Of a DNA stretch of 64,000 bases, positions 1 through 9,382 are shown piece after piece (the stretch's first letter is position 1; each line of letters begins with the position of its first letter). The translations under genes were made by a program, and so were the position numbers. Under the pieces are notes generated by a model, which did not search any database, was not told where the DNA came from, and was given only the letters and a program-made list of their open reading frames with translations. Location of the stretch: positions 20,642-84,641 of the forward strand of contig JBEKVQ010000001.1 in NCBI GenBank assembly GCA_049997815.1, in the 5' to 3' direction. This DNA comes from Minisyncoccia bacterium (GTDB taxonomy: Bacteria; Patescibacteriota; Minisyncoccia; UBA6257; GWB1-50-10).

Positions 1-14
1 AGCAAGAGCGTGAT

Positions 15-1427
15 GTGGAGAATGTGCTGGCTAAATATAACGTTGCCATAGTGCATGCCCTTACGCCCCGGGGTGGGCCGGAGAGCAATTCGCTCATACG
101 AAGCGATATCCCTTGGGAAGAAAAACTCAAGATTGTCTTGGCTTTTGAACCGACCATCTCCACGTCAGCTATTTCTCCAGAACAGCAAGGAATGTGGGCG
201 GGCATGGGTGTTCTGTTGAATGGTGGCTCGGTAGAAGTCGCATCGCCTTCCGATGCTGCCACTATAGCGGAGGGTAGTAAGCGTATAGTGACGCACAGTA
301 GCGCGACGTATGATTTTTCTGAAGGACACACGAAGCCAATCGAACAGCAATTGCAGGAAACGATCAGTTATCACCACGAGGGCGACTTTATGAATTACAA
401 CGAGGTAATTGTTAGTAATCCTGAAGTTGCCGGATTTTTCGCGAGGGTGAAGGAAGATAATTCGTTGGATGTTGGTGTGTCGGCCGAAGAGATTTTTCCC
501 GTCGTCGAAAAAATCCATATGCCAGTCTTCGCGGTAAAGAAGGGTGAGGTCTATAGGATCGACCCTTCTCTGCGGGAAGAGGTGGTTGGAAAAGAGGTTT
601 TTGGAATAAAAACATACAAGACGGTGTTAAAACTTGGCGAAAAGGTTATGCCTAGAGAGCTAGCTAGTCTACCAGGCGCTATAAGTAAAGAGCAGAAAGA
701 GCAATTCGCCAACGAGCTTATGGAAGATTCTCCGTTTCTGCTTACTATGGCTGAAGCAAGGCTCGCTGATTCGCGGAACGCCGGGCGGGAAACGTATATT
801 GGGGTTAATTTCGCCAAGCTTAATGAAGCTGAAAATGTTCCTACTGAGGTATATCAGTCGAGTGGCAAGTACGAAAGCCATCCTAAATTTGTAGGAAAAG
901 AAGTGAAGGTACTCGGAGAAGTAAAAAGTCCCGTTGCTACCTATCGTTCACTTTCAATTGACGGCCGTCTATTTACTCAATTAATAAAAAGAAAAACAGG
1001 GGAAGTGGTAACCTACGACCGAGTTTCGAGGGCTTTGGAAAGAGGCGATTTTTATATAAATACCGATTACGGACAAACATTTGGAGGGGCCAAAGAGAAG
1101 CCGATGAACTCAACCAATGCTTATCTTGAGAAAATGCATCGGATTTTCAATGGCTATCGGAAATTAATCGAGGAAGCAAAACGGGGCAGTCGAGAAGACA
1201 CGGTCGCATTCTATGAACATCGGCTTCGCGAGTCCGCGTTCCACTTGTATGGTTTTGCTGATGAAGCAAGTGAACATGGAGATATGAAGTCCAAGGAAGC
1301 CACAGACCGTTTGGCATTTGAAATTATGCCACGCGGGGAATATGAGGAAATCGTCAAGCGCCGTGTGGGTCCCAACGGAGAATTTCGAATTTCCAGAGAA
1401 GATCTGAGAAAGCTTAAGGGGTACTAA
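15..1427 (+). CDS. hypothetical protein (reading frame stays open to the window edge, so likely 5'-partial)
   Basis: Long ORF with a GTG at position 15. There is no in-frame stop upstream as far as position 3. No recognisable motif. Confidence 0.45.
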   Translation: MENVLAKYNVAIVHALTPRGGPESNSLIRSDIPWEEKLKIVLAFEPTISTSAISPEQQGMWAGMGVLLNGGSVEVASPSDAATIAEGSKRIVTHSSATYDFSEGHTKPIEQQLQETISYHHEGDFMNYNEVIVSNPEVAGFFARVKEDNSLDVGVSAEEIFPVVEKIHMPVFAVKKGEVYRIDPSLREEVVGKEVFGIKTYKTVLKLGEKVMPRELASLPGAISKEQKEQFANELMEDSPFLLTMAEARLADSRNAGRETYIGVNFAKLNEAENVPTEVYQSSGKYESHPKFVGKEVKVLGEVKSPVATYRSLSIDGRLFTQLIKRKTGEVVTYDRVSRALERGDFYINTDYGQTFGGAKEKPMNSTNAYLEKMHRIFNGYRKLIEEAKRGSREDTVAFYEHRLRESAFHLYGFADEASEHGDMKSKEATDRLAFEIMPRGEYEEIVKRRVGPNGEFRISREDLRKLKGY

Positions 1428-1612
1428 AAAGCCCCCATAAAGTAGGTAATATAAGGATTTTTGACTCTGTCCCTGCATTTTTGGTCGGCAGTTCAACTGT
1501 TGACTTTATCGCTATTATAGGTTATAATCAAACTGTTCTAAGATGTAGAACGCTCATTAAAAAAGTAGGGAAAGCTGGCATTTAAGATCGAACAGAAAGA
1601 TCTCTCTATCCA

Positions 1613-2596
1613 ATGTCCGCTCCCGATTCCCATTCCATAAACTCGGCCGAACAGAAAGGCCGGCAAATTCGCGCCGAACACAAGGTGCGGAAGGAGAATG
1701 TCATGAAGAATCAAATCAATACCAGATCGTTGCTATCCCCAAGGGTAGCGTCGAAAACGATATTTTTCGTGTTTTCCGTGTTGTGTATAATTATCTCGTT
1801 GTATTTGGATATCATTCCGTATGAAAGATTTCTTCTTTTCGATTCGGCACTGGTGTTAGCACCGGTGATAGGAATGATCGGAATCATTTATGTTTCTATT
1901 TGGTTGGAGCGAACGGGAGATATATTTGGATTGGGATTCGGTTTCCACCCATCACCTAAGCTTTTATTTGGAGACCTTTTCAAGGGTGCCCAGGAAGAAC
2001 GGGAAAGAATCAACCCTTTCGTCCAGCAGGAATTAATCCGCGCGGCGGAGAGAATTCTTGAGAAAGATATAGAGTTGAAAAAGTTGCTCGCAATGAAGAG
2101 AACAGAAGAAAACAAGGCAGCGATAGATGGTTGTCGGCGGTGGATTAGTAATCTTCTGGAAAGATTCTATCAACTGAGAGATTGTGCCAGAGCGTATAGT
2201 TTCTGGGTGTACAAAAGCTGGAAACCGTACGTGGCCTTCAGCTCGGTACCGAGGATGTTGGAGCAGCGGAAGAGAGACAAGGAACAGCGTGAGGCAGAAC
2301 AGTATAGACTAACTTGCTTCCGTAGGACTCATCTTCGCGTAGAAGGACGGGCGCCTTTCGAGGGACGCTTGTACAGTCTAGTGTCCGTCGACGGGGGAAG
2401 AAATTGGTTCTTGGCAGAGGAGAATGGGACGGGTGTGGAGATCCTTGGGACGTCTTATCACCTAGGTTCAGAGGTTTTCGACAAGCTCTTTTCGGAGAGC
2501 AGGTTGTTGAAGTATATACAAGCCAGTGGACCCATCAACCAAGCCGATTCAGCGGTGGTACAAATGCTCACTGATGCTGGCTTGCTGGGGGGTTGA
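1613..2596 (+). CDS. hypothetical membrane protein
   Basis: ORF with two hydrophobic helices (IFFVFSVLCIIISLYL, LVLAPVIGMIGIIYVSIWL). No family motif. The true start may be an internal Met near 1703. Confidence 0.35.
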   Translation: MSAPDSHSINSAEQKGRQIRAEHKVRKENVMKNQINTRSLLSPRVASKTIFFVFSVLCIIISLYLDIIPYERFLLFDSALVLAPVIGMIGIIYVSIWLERTGDIFGLGFGFHPSPKLLFGDLFKGAQEERERINPFVQQELIRAAERILEKDIELKKLLAMKRTEENKAAIDGCRRWISNLLERFYQLRDCARAYSFWVYKSWKPYVAFSSVPRMLEQRKRDKEQREAEQYRLTCFRRTHLRVEGRAPFEGRLYSLVSVDGGRNWFLAEENGTGVEILGTSYHLGSEVFDKLFSESRLLKYIQASGPINQADSAVVQMLTDAGLLGG

Positions 2597-2658
2597 TTTG
2601 AGATGAGGGAAGCAGTCATTATTGGGAGCCATTCGAGAAATTCGAATGGCTTTTTTAT

Positions 2659-3198
2659 TTGACAAGCCCGTCCGCCGGGCTTATTTTGTTAGTAATGAAC
2701 CTGTTTTTCAACACTTCATATGGTTTGAAGATAGAAGCGAACGAAGTCGTCCGCGAGATTTTGGGATTTATAAAAGCTAAACCGAGTTCTCAGTATAAGG
2801 TTATTATCGGAAGCGACTCACTTCATTTGCAAGATAATGGTGCGGACTTCGTGACCGCAATTGTGGTGCATCGCGTGGGAAACGGCGGAAGATATTTCTG
2901 GCGACGGCTAGCTTTGGGTAAGTTCTATAACCTCCATGACAGAATCATTCAGGAGGTAATGCTCTCCATCGATACTGCGAAGGCGATTCTGACCGATCTG
3001 GAGAAAGCGACCAAGGAACATGAAGTAAGCGGCATGAAATTGAACTGGGATTTTGAGATTCACGTGGACGTGGGCGAGAACGGCCCGACCAAAAACCTCA
3101 TTCAGGAGGTGGTGGGAATGGTGCGGGCGCACAATTTTGAGGCCAAGACCAAGCCCGACAGCTATGCGGCATCGAAGGTGGCGGATAGGTACGTCTAA
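2659..3198 (+). CDS. YkuK/DUF458-family RNase H-like protein
   Basis: Strong resemblance to B. subtilis YkuK as I recall it: VIGSDS, RYFWRR, FEIHVDVG, VRAHNFEAKTKPD. The family assignment is from memory of its hallmarks. Confidence 0.55.
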   Translation: MTSPSAGLILLVMNLFFNTSYGLKIEANEVVREILGFIKAKPSSQYKVIIGSDSLHLQDNGADFVTAIVVHRVGNGGRYFWRRLALGKFYNLHDRIIQEVMLSIDTAKAILTDLEKATKEHEVSGMKLNWDFEIHVDVGENGPTKNLIQEVVGMVRAHNFEAKTKPDSYAASKVADRYV

Positions 3199-3380
3199 TT
3201 CGCCCATATTTTCTCGGTACCAGATGTCGCTTGGCTCCAGCGGCCAAGCGCATCCTACGCTCTCACGCCATCGTCCGCCGAAGGCGGAACCAAGCCGACG
3301 GTGTTCCGAGAGTTGCCTCGAAAACATAAGCGAATTAGACGTTACATTTTTTTGTGGTAAGATAAGTTTCATTCAATAAA

Positions 3381-3947
3381 ATGGATAAGATTGTTTTGGA
3401 TATCGAGACGAAGAATTTCTTTGACGACGTGGGCGGGCGCGATAACATCGGGAAGATAGATATCTCGGTGGTGGGCGTTTATTCCTTCGGCCAGGATAAG
3501 TACATCGCCTTTGACGAGAATGAGATGGACAAATTGGGTGAACTCCTCAAAAAGACCCACCTTATCATCACCTTTGCGGGCGCGCGTTTCGATTTACCGG
3601 TCCTCGAGAAATATTTCAGCTTCAACATCAATTCCATTGAGCATTTTGATATTTTGGAGGCGATAGAGAAAAATCTCGGGCGGAGGATAAGTTTGGGGAT
3701 CTTGGCTGAAGCGAATGTGGGTGCGGGTAAGTCCGGCTACGGCGGTGAAGCCATTGAGATGTACAAGCGGGGCGAGATCCAGAAGCTCAAGGACTATTGT
3801 TTGCAGGATGTGAAGATAACGAAAGACATCTTTGACCTCATTAAAAAGCAGGGGTATTTATGGATTCCCGAGCGCTACTCTTCCCGAATGACGAAACTGG
3901 CGATAGAATATAAGGAAGAGGTATCGCCCCAGAACCAACTAATTTAA
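3381..3947 (+). CDS. RNase H-like 3'-5' exonuclease domain protein (PolB-exonuclease-like)
   Basis: LDIETKNFF (an Exo-I-like DxE motif) plus ITFAGARFDLPVLEKY, typical of YprB/PolB-exo-like ribonuclease H-fold proteins. Confidence 0.45.
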   Translation: MDKIVLDIETKNFFDDVGGRDNIGKIDISVVGVYSFGQDKYIAFDENEMDKLGELLKKTHLIITFAGARFDLPVLEKYFSFNINSIEHFDILEAIEKNLGRRISLGILAEANVGAGKSGYGGEAIEMYKRGEIQKLKDYCLQDVKITKDIFDLIKKQGYLWIPERYSSRMTKLAIEYKEEVSPQNQLI

Positions 3948-3951
3948 CCAA

Positions 3952-4269
3952 ATGGGCAGTTTCAAAAATAACAGAGTTGTTCTTGCGGTCTTTGCCATTC
4001 TGATGGCGGTGGGTCTTATGGCGGCCTATATTCCGATGCTCTTCCCGCCGAGCGGGAGCCAGAATCTTCCGCCTGACAATGCGCCCGCGGCGGACAATAA
4101 TTATTCGGCCCAGTTGCCCCAGAATCCGGCGCCGGTAGCAACGACAACCGTCACAAGTACTCTTCCCGCGAAAGTCCTGCCTGCGCAGGCAGGCTCTCTG
4201 CCGGATAGCTTCTCGGGAATTCAAGATGAGCAGAAATCGCTGGATGACATAAATAATCTTTTGAAGTGA
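3952..4269 (+). CDS. small membrane-anchored proline-rich protein
   Basis: N-terminal TM helix (VVLAVFAILMAVGLMAAYIPMLF) followed by a low-complexity P/A-rich tail. Confidence 0.35.
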   Translation: MGSFKNNRVVLAVFAILMAVGLMAAYIPMLFPPSGSQNLPPDNAPAADNNYSAQLPQNPAPVATTTVTSTLPAKVLPAQAGSLPDSFSGIQDEQKSLDDINNLLK

Positions 4270-4286
4270 GTTTTTGAGAGAAAATT

Positions 4287-4319
4287 ATCCCGCCAGTCCA
4301 TGGACTGGCGGGATTTTTA
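4287..4319 (+). terminator. rho-independent terminator
   Basis: Hairpin atcccgccagtcca/tggactggcgggat followed by TTTTT. Confidence 0.6.
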
Positions 4320-4358
4320 CTGGCGTTTCTCACGATTTTAGCGTACAGTTAGATTCTA

Positions 4359-5579
4359 ATGCGCGACAAAATCGTTGAAAATTTGATAAATAAGGAGACC
4401 AGGCGGCAGGCGAATACCCTGGACCTGATTGCCTCCGAAAACTACGTTTCTAGCGACGTTTTGAGGGCCTTGGGCTCGGTTTTTACCAATAAATACGCGG
4501 AAGGATATGCCCACGCCCGCTATTATGCCGGAAACGACGTGGTGGACGAACTGGAAGACCTGACTAAGATTCGCGCCCTCAAACTCTTCAAACTTTCCCC
4601 GAAGGAATGGTCCGTGAACATTCAGCCCTACTCCGGTTCTCCCGCCAATCTCGCGGTCTATCTGGCCCTCGTCCCGATAGGAGAAAAAATAATGGGCTTG
4701 CGTTTGGATATGGGCGGGCATCTCACGCATGGACATAAGGTGAGTGCAACCGGGAAACTATGGAAAATAATTCCCTACGCGGTTAATAAAGGTAGCGGAC
4801 AGTTGGATTACGGCGAGGTATCCGGGCTCGCAAAGAAAGAAAGGCCCAAACTTATCATCGCCGGATACAGCGCCTACTCCCGTTCCATCGATTTCAAAAA
4901 ATTCCAGCGCATCGCGAAGTCCTCGGGAGCGATTTTCATGGTGGATATGTCTCATTTTGCCGGGCTCGTGGCGGCCGGCGCCTATCCCTCGCCCTTTGAT
5001 TCGGCCGACGTTGTAACGACCACGATGCACAAGACGCTCCGCGGTCCTCGGGCGGCTCTTATATTCTCAAGAAAGAAGTATTCCGAAGCGATAGACAAGT
5101 CCGTTTTTCCCGGACTTCAGGGGGGTCCGCATGCGAATCAAATCGCGGCAACGGCAGTAGCTTTGAAGGAAGCGAGCGAGGGAGCTTTCAGGAAATATGC
5201 GAGGCAAGTCGTGAAGAATGCGAAGGCGCTCGCGGAGACGCTCAAGAAAAATCACTGGAAGGTCATCTCAGGTGGAACCGATTCCCATCTTTTCCTCGTG
5301 GATACCTGGGCGCGCGGATTGAGTGGGCAGGAGGCCTGCGAACTTTTGGAGGAAGTAGGAATTGTCGCGAACAAAAATACTATTCCCTTCGATACGCGCA
5401 CGCCGATGAGTCCCTCCGGCATCCGGCTGGGCACTCCGGCCATCACGACCCGCGGACTGAAAGAACGGGACGTAAAAACCCTCGGTCGACTTATATCCGA
5501 GGTCCTTATGAAGGAAGGCAAAACCGATGTTATTAAGAAAGAAGTGGCCAGGATCTGCAAAAAGTTCCCAATACACTAG
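4359..5579 (+). CDS. glyA: serine hydroxymethyltransferase
   Basis: DLIASENYVS, TNKYAEGY, PLP-lysine region HKTLRGPR. Typical SHMT length (406 aa). Confidence 0.95.
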   Translation: MRDKIVENLINKETRRQANTLDLIASENYVSSDVLRALGSVFTNKYAEGYAHARYYAGNDVVDELEDLTKIRALKLFKLSPKEWSVNIQPYSGSPANLAVYLALVPIGEKIMGLRLDMGGHLTHGHKVSATGKLWKIIPYAVNKGSGQLDYGEVSGLAKKERPKLIIAGYSAYSRSIDFKKFQRIAKSSGAIFMVDMSHFAGLVAAGAYPSPFDSADVVTTTMHKTLRGPRAALIFSRKKYSEAIDKSVFPGLQGGPHANQIAATAVALKEASEGAFRKYARQVVKNAKALAETLKKNHWKVISGGTDSHLFLVDTWARGLSGQEACELLEEVGIVANKNTIPFDTRTPMSPSGIRLGTPAITTRGLKERDVKTLGRLISEVLMKEGKTDVIKKEVARICKKFPIH

Positions 5580-5815
5580 CGTTCTTGACGCGTTTTTACG
5601 GCATTGCTAGCATTTAATTAGATATGAAATTCAGTTCCCGCAACAACTTCTTTTTTGGATTCTTCTTTACCTCCCCCGAGGAAGGGATTTTTCTTGATTG
5701 AATAGGATGGACGCCAAGAAAAACCTCTTCCTCGGAAGAGGTTTTTCGTTCTTCCGGGGAAATGCAACTTGAAAAATCAATCATCACAGTCAACCCACTT
5801 ACCATAGGAGGAGAT

Positions 5816-5968
5816 ATGAAATCCAAAACATCGAGATTCTCGTCGAAATCACTGAAGAGAGAGAAGAAGGCTGCTCTCAGTAAACGTCAGCCGAAAAAGC
5901 AGGCGAGCTGCGCCCGAGTGGCAGATGGATTGCCGACACATCGCCGGTTATGGGGATATGCCATATAA
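5816..5968 (+). CDS. small, very basic hypothetical protein (51 aa)
   Basis: ATG preceded by a canonical SD (taggaggagat-ATG). Lys/Arg/Ser-rich product. No family recognised. Confidence 0.25.
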   Translation: MKSKTSRFSSKSLKREKKAALSKRQPKKQASCARVADGLPTHRRLWGYAI

Positions 5969-6043
5969 CACTTATCCCTGTTTGGTTCATCAAGGCCTTC
6001 GTTTGAACAACGAGGGTCTTTTATTTGTGTTTGACGGGTATGG

Positions 6044-6880
6044 TTGGTTATACTGGGTATTGAAATGGTCATAGACGGTAGGAAAATCGCCTCGGATATA
6101 TTGGAAAACCTGAAAAAACAGGGTGCACCCAAAGTGTTCTTGGCGGCATTTCTAGTCGGGAACGACCCGAACTCGGAGAGCTTTTTGAAGCAGAAAGAAA
6201 AATTCGCGAAGGAGCTGGGCGTGGATTTCCGGCTCTATAAATTTCCGGAAGAAATAACGCAGGACGAGTTGCGCAAGGAGATTTTGAAAATTGCCGAATA
6301 CAAGACCTGCGGCGGCGCTATCGTTCAGCTTCCGCTGCCGGCGCATATCAGCCAGCAGTACGTTTTGAATGCCATTCCGCGCGAAAAAGACACGGACGTT
6401 CTGGGCGAACGGGCGCTCGGCGCTTTCTATGCCGGCCGGAACCCGGTTTTGCCCCCGGCTGTCGGCGTGGTGGAAGAAATATTGAAAGTTTTGAATGTGG
6501 AATTAAAAATCAAAAGTGTTGCGGTTATTGGGAGAGGCGTATTGGTAGGAAAGCCGGTTGCCGTCTGGCTTATGGATAGGGCGGCCGAGCTCTCCGTTTT
6601 TACGAGCAAGACCGGAGATACGAAAGATAAGCTCAAGACCGCGGATATAATCGTATCCGGCGTCGGAAAGGCAAGCCTCTTCGGCGCGGAAGATGTTAAA
6701 AACGAGGCAATTGTCATCGATTTCGGGTATGACAAGAAAGACGATAAATTCTGCGGCGATTTTGATGCGGCAAATGTCCCGGATTCGGTCAATTACACTC
6801 CCACCCCGGGCGGTACCGGCCCGATTTTGGTGGCCAAGCTACTCGAGAATTTCTTCAAGCTGAACGGCTTGCAAAAGTAA
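6044..6880 (+). CDS. folD: bifunctional methylene-THF dehydrogenase/methenyl-THF cyclohydrolase
   Basis: GGAIVQLPLPAHI, VIGRGVLVGKPV, PTPGGTGP motifs. The start may be the internal Met at 6065. Confidence 0.9.
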   Translation: MVILGIEMVIDGRKIASDILENLKKQGAPKVFLAAFLVGNDPNSESFLKQKEKFAKELGVDFRLYKFPEEITQDELRKEILKIAEYKTCGGAIVQLPLPAHISQQYVLNAIPREKDTDVLGERALGAFYAGRNPVLPPAVGVVEEILKVLNVELKIKSVAVIGRGVLVGKPVAVWLMDRAAELSVFTSKTGDTKDKLKTADIIVSGVGKASLFGAEDVKNEAIVIDFGYDKKDDKFCGDFDAANVPDSVNYTPTPGGTGPILVAKLLENFFKLNGLQK

Positions 6881-6997
6881 GTTCTCGGCATTAATCTCCA
6901 GATAGCAATTCGCCCTCTATGGTTAGCTCAATTATCCAGTTTTGAGCGACTGCCGGAGGAATTTACAAAGCAACAAATAAAGAAAGAGAGGAACGCT

Positions 6998-7633
6998 ATG
7001 TCTGGCATAGTGCAACTTGGCAGGTCCCAATCGGACCAATTCTGTCTCGCGCTCGAGAAACAGGGCTTAAATCGCGAAATAGCCGATAAGATTATTGGCA
7101 ATGAACGATTGGCCGCAATCCAAGCAATAGCCCCGCTTTGCCCCAGAGTTATAGAGGGGGCGCTTGCTATAGAGGTGCCGAATGGGCTGCATCTGAGGGG
7201 GATAAAAGAAGTGTTCGAGAGAAAAACCCACGAAAGCGTGAAAATCATCAGCCACCTTAATGCGGACGAAACAAAGAGTCTTCTTGAGGACGAGACGACT
7301 GAATATGGTGTGTATAACACCGTGGACTTGATTATTATGGTTCGCAAAGCAAAATTGGGAATGCTTGAATATCCCGTTAGGGTTGGCAAAGCCGGTGCAA
7401 TTGCGTTAAATGTTGCCACCGCTGCCTTTTTACTTCTTTCTCTCTCTTTGAAGGATGTGAATCTGGTTCGCTACGTATTTTCATGCCGATCAAATGAGAG
7501 ATTCACCTTCGAGAGATACGCAGGTGAAAGATTATTGATTCTTGGGGAGGTTGTAGAAAACAAATTTACACTCCCCTTCTGTGTTGGGAAAGAGTTTTTC
7601 TTCCCAACAAATTCTCCCATAAGCATGTATTAG
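6998..7633 (+). CDS. hypothetical protein
   Basis: ORF with an upstream agagagga SD-like sequence. The antisense 163-aa ORF is Ser-rich and looks spurious. Confidence 0.3.
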   Translation: MSGIVQLGRSQSDQFCLALEKQGLNREIADKIIGNERLAAIQAIAPLCPRVIEGALAIEVPNGLHLRGIKEVFERKTHESVKIISHLNADETKSLLEDETTEYGVYNTVDLIIMVRKAKLGMLEYPVRVGKAGAIALNVATAAFLLLSLSLKDVNLVRYVFSCRSNERFTFERYAGERLLILGEVVENKFTLPFCVGKEFFFPTNSPISMY

Positions 7634-7640
7634 AGAGACG

Positions 7641-7669
7641 AATCCCGAAGTCGGCATGACTTCGGGATT
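7641..7669. terminator. bidirectional hairpin terminator
   Basis: aatcccgaagtc-ggcat-gacttcgggatt with T/A runs on both sides. Lies between convergent genes. Confidence 0.5.
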
Positions 7670-7671
7670 TC

Positions 7672-8712
7672 TTATTCTTCGTCCACCGGCGAGCTCGCTC
7701 CTATTACAATTTTCTTCTCTGCCGCCTCCTCCGTCTTTTTCTTAATGGCTTCCAATAATTTCTTGTCTTCTTTTAATTTCAGCCGGACGTTGTCAAAACC
7801 GACGCCCAGTTTTTCATCGCCGAACGAAAAGCTCGCGCCATTCTTCCTTACCACGCCGTACTTGATGGCCGTATTCATCACGTCCGCTTCGTAGGAGATT
7901 CCCTCGCCGAACATTATGTCGAATTCCGCTATCTTGAAAGGCGCCGCCACCTTATTTTTGACTATCTTCGCCTTCACGCGATTGCCGATGCTCTCCTCAC
8001 CTTTCTTCACCTGGGCGATGCGCCGGATGTCTATCCGGACGGAGGCGTAAAACTTGAGCGCCATTCCCCCGGTCGTCGTCTCCGGATTCCCGAAGACCAT
8101 GCCGATCTTCATTCTGGTCTGGTTTATGAAAATTATGATGGTGCCGGACTTGTCCGCAATGGCGGTGAGCTTGCGGAGCGCCTGGGACATAAGCCGGGCC
8201 TGAAGGCCCATGTGGGAAGCGCCCATTTCGCCCTCTATCTCCGCCTTCGGCGTGAGCGCGGCGACGGAGTCTATGACCACCACATCAATGATGCCGGAGC
8301 GCACCAAGCTCTCCAGAATGTTCAGCGCCTCCTCGCCGTTATCCGGCTGGGAGATTATCAGGTCCTTCACTTTTACCCCAATTCTTGCGGCATATTCCGG
8401 GTCCAGAGCGTGCTCGGCATCGATAAAGGCCGCTTTCCCGCCCCGTTTTTGGGCTTCTGCGACTGCGTGGAGCGCGAGCGTCGTCTTGCCGGAGCTCTCC
8501 GGGCCGAATATCTCGATGACGCGGCCCTTCGGCAATCCCCCGCCGAGCGCCAAGTCCAGCGAAAAAGAACCGGAGGGCACCACCGCCACTTTCGAATGGT
8601 GGTTTTCGCCCAACCTCATTATCGCTCCCTCGCCGAAGCGCGACTGGAGCGATTCGATGAGCGAATCCAGTTCCTCGCCGGGTTTTTCGTTAGTTTTTTT
8701 ATTGGGTGCCAT
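7672..8712 (-). CDS. recA: recombinase RecA
   Basis: GPESSGKTT Walker [19 protein letters not shown]. Full-length RecA (346 aa). Confidence 0.95.
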   Translation of the reverse strand: MAPNKKTNEKPGEELDSLIESLQSRFGEGAIMRLGENHHSKVAVVPSGSFSLDLALGGGLPKGRVIEIFGPESSGKTTLALHAVAEAQKRGGKAAFIDAEHALDPEYAARIGVKVKDLIISQPDNGEEALNILESLVRSGIIDVVVIDSVAALTPKAEIEGEMGASHMGLQARLMSQALRKLTAIADKSGTIIIFINQTRMKIGMVFGNPETTTGGMALKFYASVRIDIRRIAQVKKGEESIGNRVKAKIVKNKVAAPFKIAEFDIMFGEGISYEADVMNTAIKYGVVRKNGASFSFGDEKLGVGFDNVRLKLKEDKKLLEAIKKKTEEAAEKKIVIGASSPVDEE

Positions 8713-9382
8713 TGGTTTTATTTTCGGGTTTCGCCGGCTGGTAAAAGATTTGCTTGGTAATCGTATATGCCTTTCCCAGAAGTTTTTTAATTTGGAAGGT
8801 GACGTTATTAAAGCCCGACTGGAGCAGAATGTTCTTCTCGAAACTGCCGTCTTTTTGGGGATAGACCGCTTCGCCGTTAACCGTAAGTTCGTCGGATGGG
8901 TTCATTATACCATGGATAGTGAAGCTGGGATCCGAAGCGATTGTCGGGTTGGCGGTAAGGTTCGTAAGATTAAGCTCCGGCTGTCCGAAAAGTCCCGGTA
9001 AACGGATGGCGAGGTAGCCCAAAACGATAACGGCGATAACGGAAGCCACCACGATTTTCTTGTTGAGTTTCGGAATGGCGAAGCGATTGGGTGGAAGAAT
9101 GTCCTCTTCTCCAGACCGGCGGATTTCCTCGCGGTTCTTCAAAAATTCCTGCCAAAGTTTTTGTCCGTCCAGATTAAGGACCTCGGCAATTTTCAAGAGA
9201 TAGCCGTGGACGTACGGCGCGGGCGGAAGTTTGTCGAACCGCTCCTCCAAAATGAGTGCGAGCGCTCGCTCCGAGACCCCCGTGAGCTGGGAAAGTTTGT
9301 CTATCGTGAGCCCCTTCAATTTGAGGGATTCCAATATCAGATTGGTCAGGTTTTTATTCTCGTTCTCCATTTTCTTCTCCAT
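8699..9382 (-). CDS. rodZ: RodZ-like HTH/transmembrane cytoskeletal protein
   Basis: N-terminal XRE-type HTH with [14 protein letters not shown] (the RodZ signature), a central TM helix and a C-terminal beta-rich domain. Confidence 0.5.
   Translation of the reverse strand: MEKKMENENKNLTNLILESLKLKGLTIDKLSQLTGVSERALALILEERFDKLPPAPYVHGYLLKIAEVLNLDGQKLWQEFLKNREEIRRSGEEDILPPNRFAIPKLNKKIVVASVIAVIVLGYLAIRLPGLFGQPELNLTNLTANPTIASDPSFTIHGIMNPSDELTVNGEAVYPQKDGSFEKNILLQSGFNNVTFQIKKLLGKAYTITKQIFYQPAKPENKTNGTQ

Noticed and set aside
5580-6043. Possible riboswitch or ncRNA in the long glyA-folD spacer
   Set aside because: I see only a bidirectional terminator hairpin, a small basic ORF and a promoter-like TTGACG. 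No recognisable aptamer consensus.
6928-7419. 163-aa minus-strand ORF
   Set aside because: It is Ser-rich and low-complexity. The overlapping plus-strand ORF has a better SD and composition, though it too is only hypothetical.
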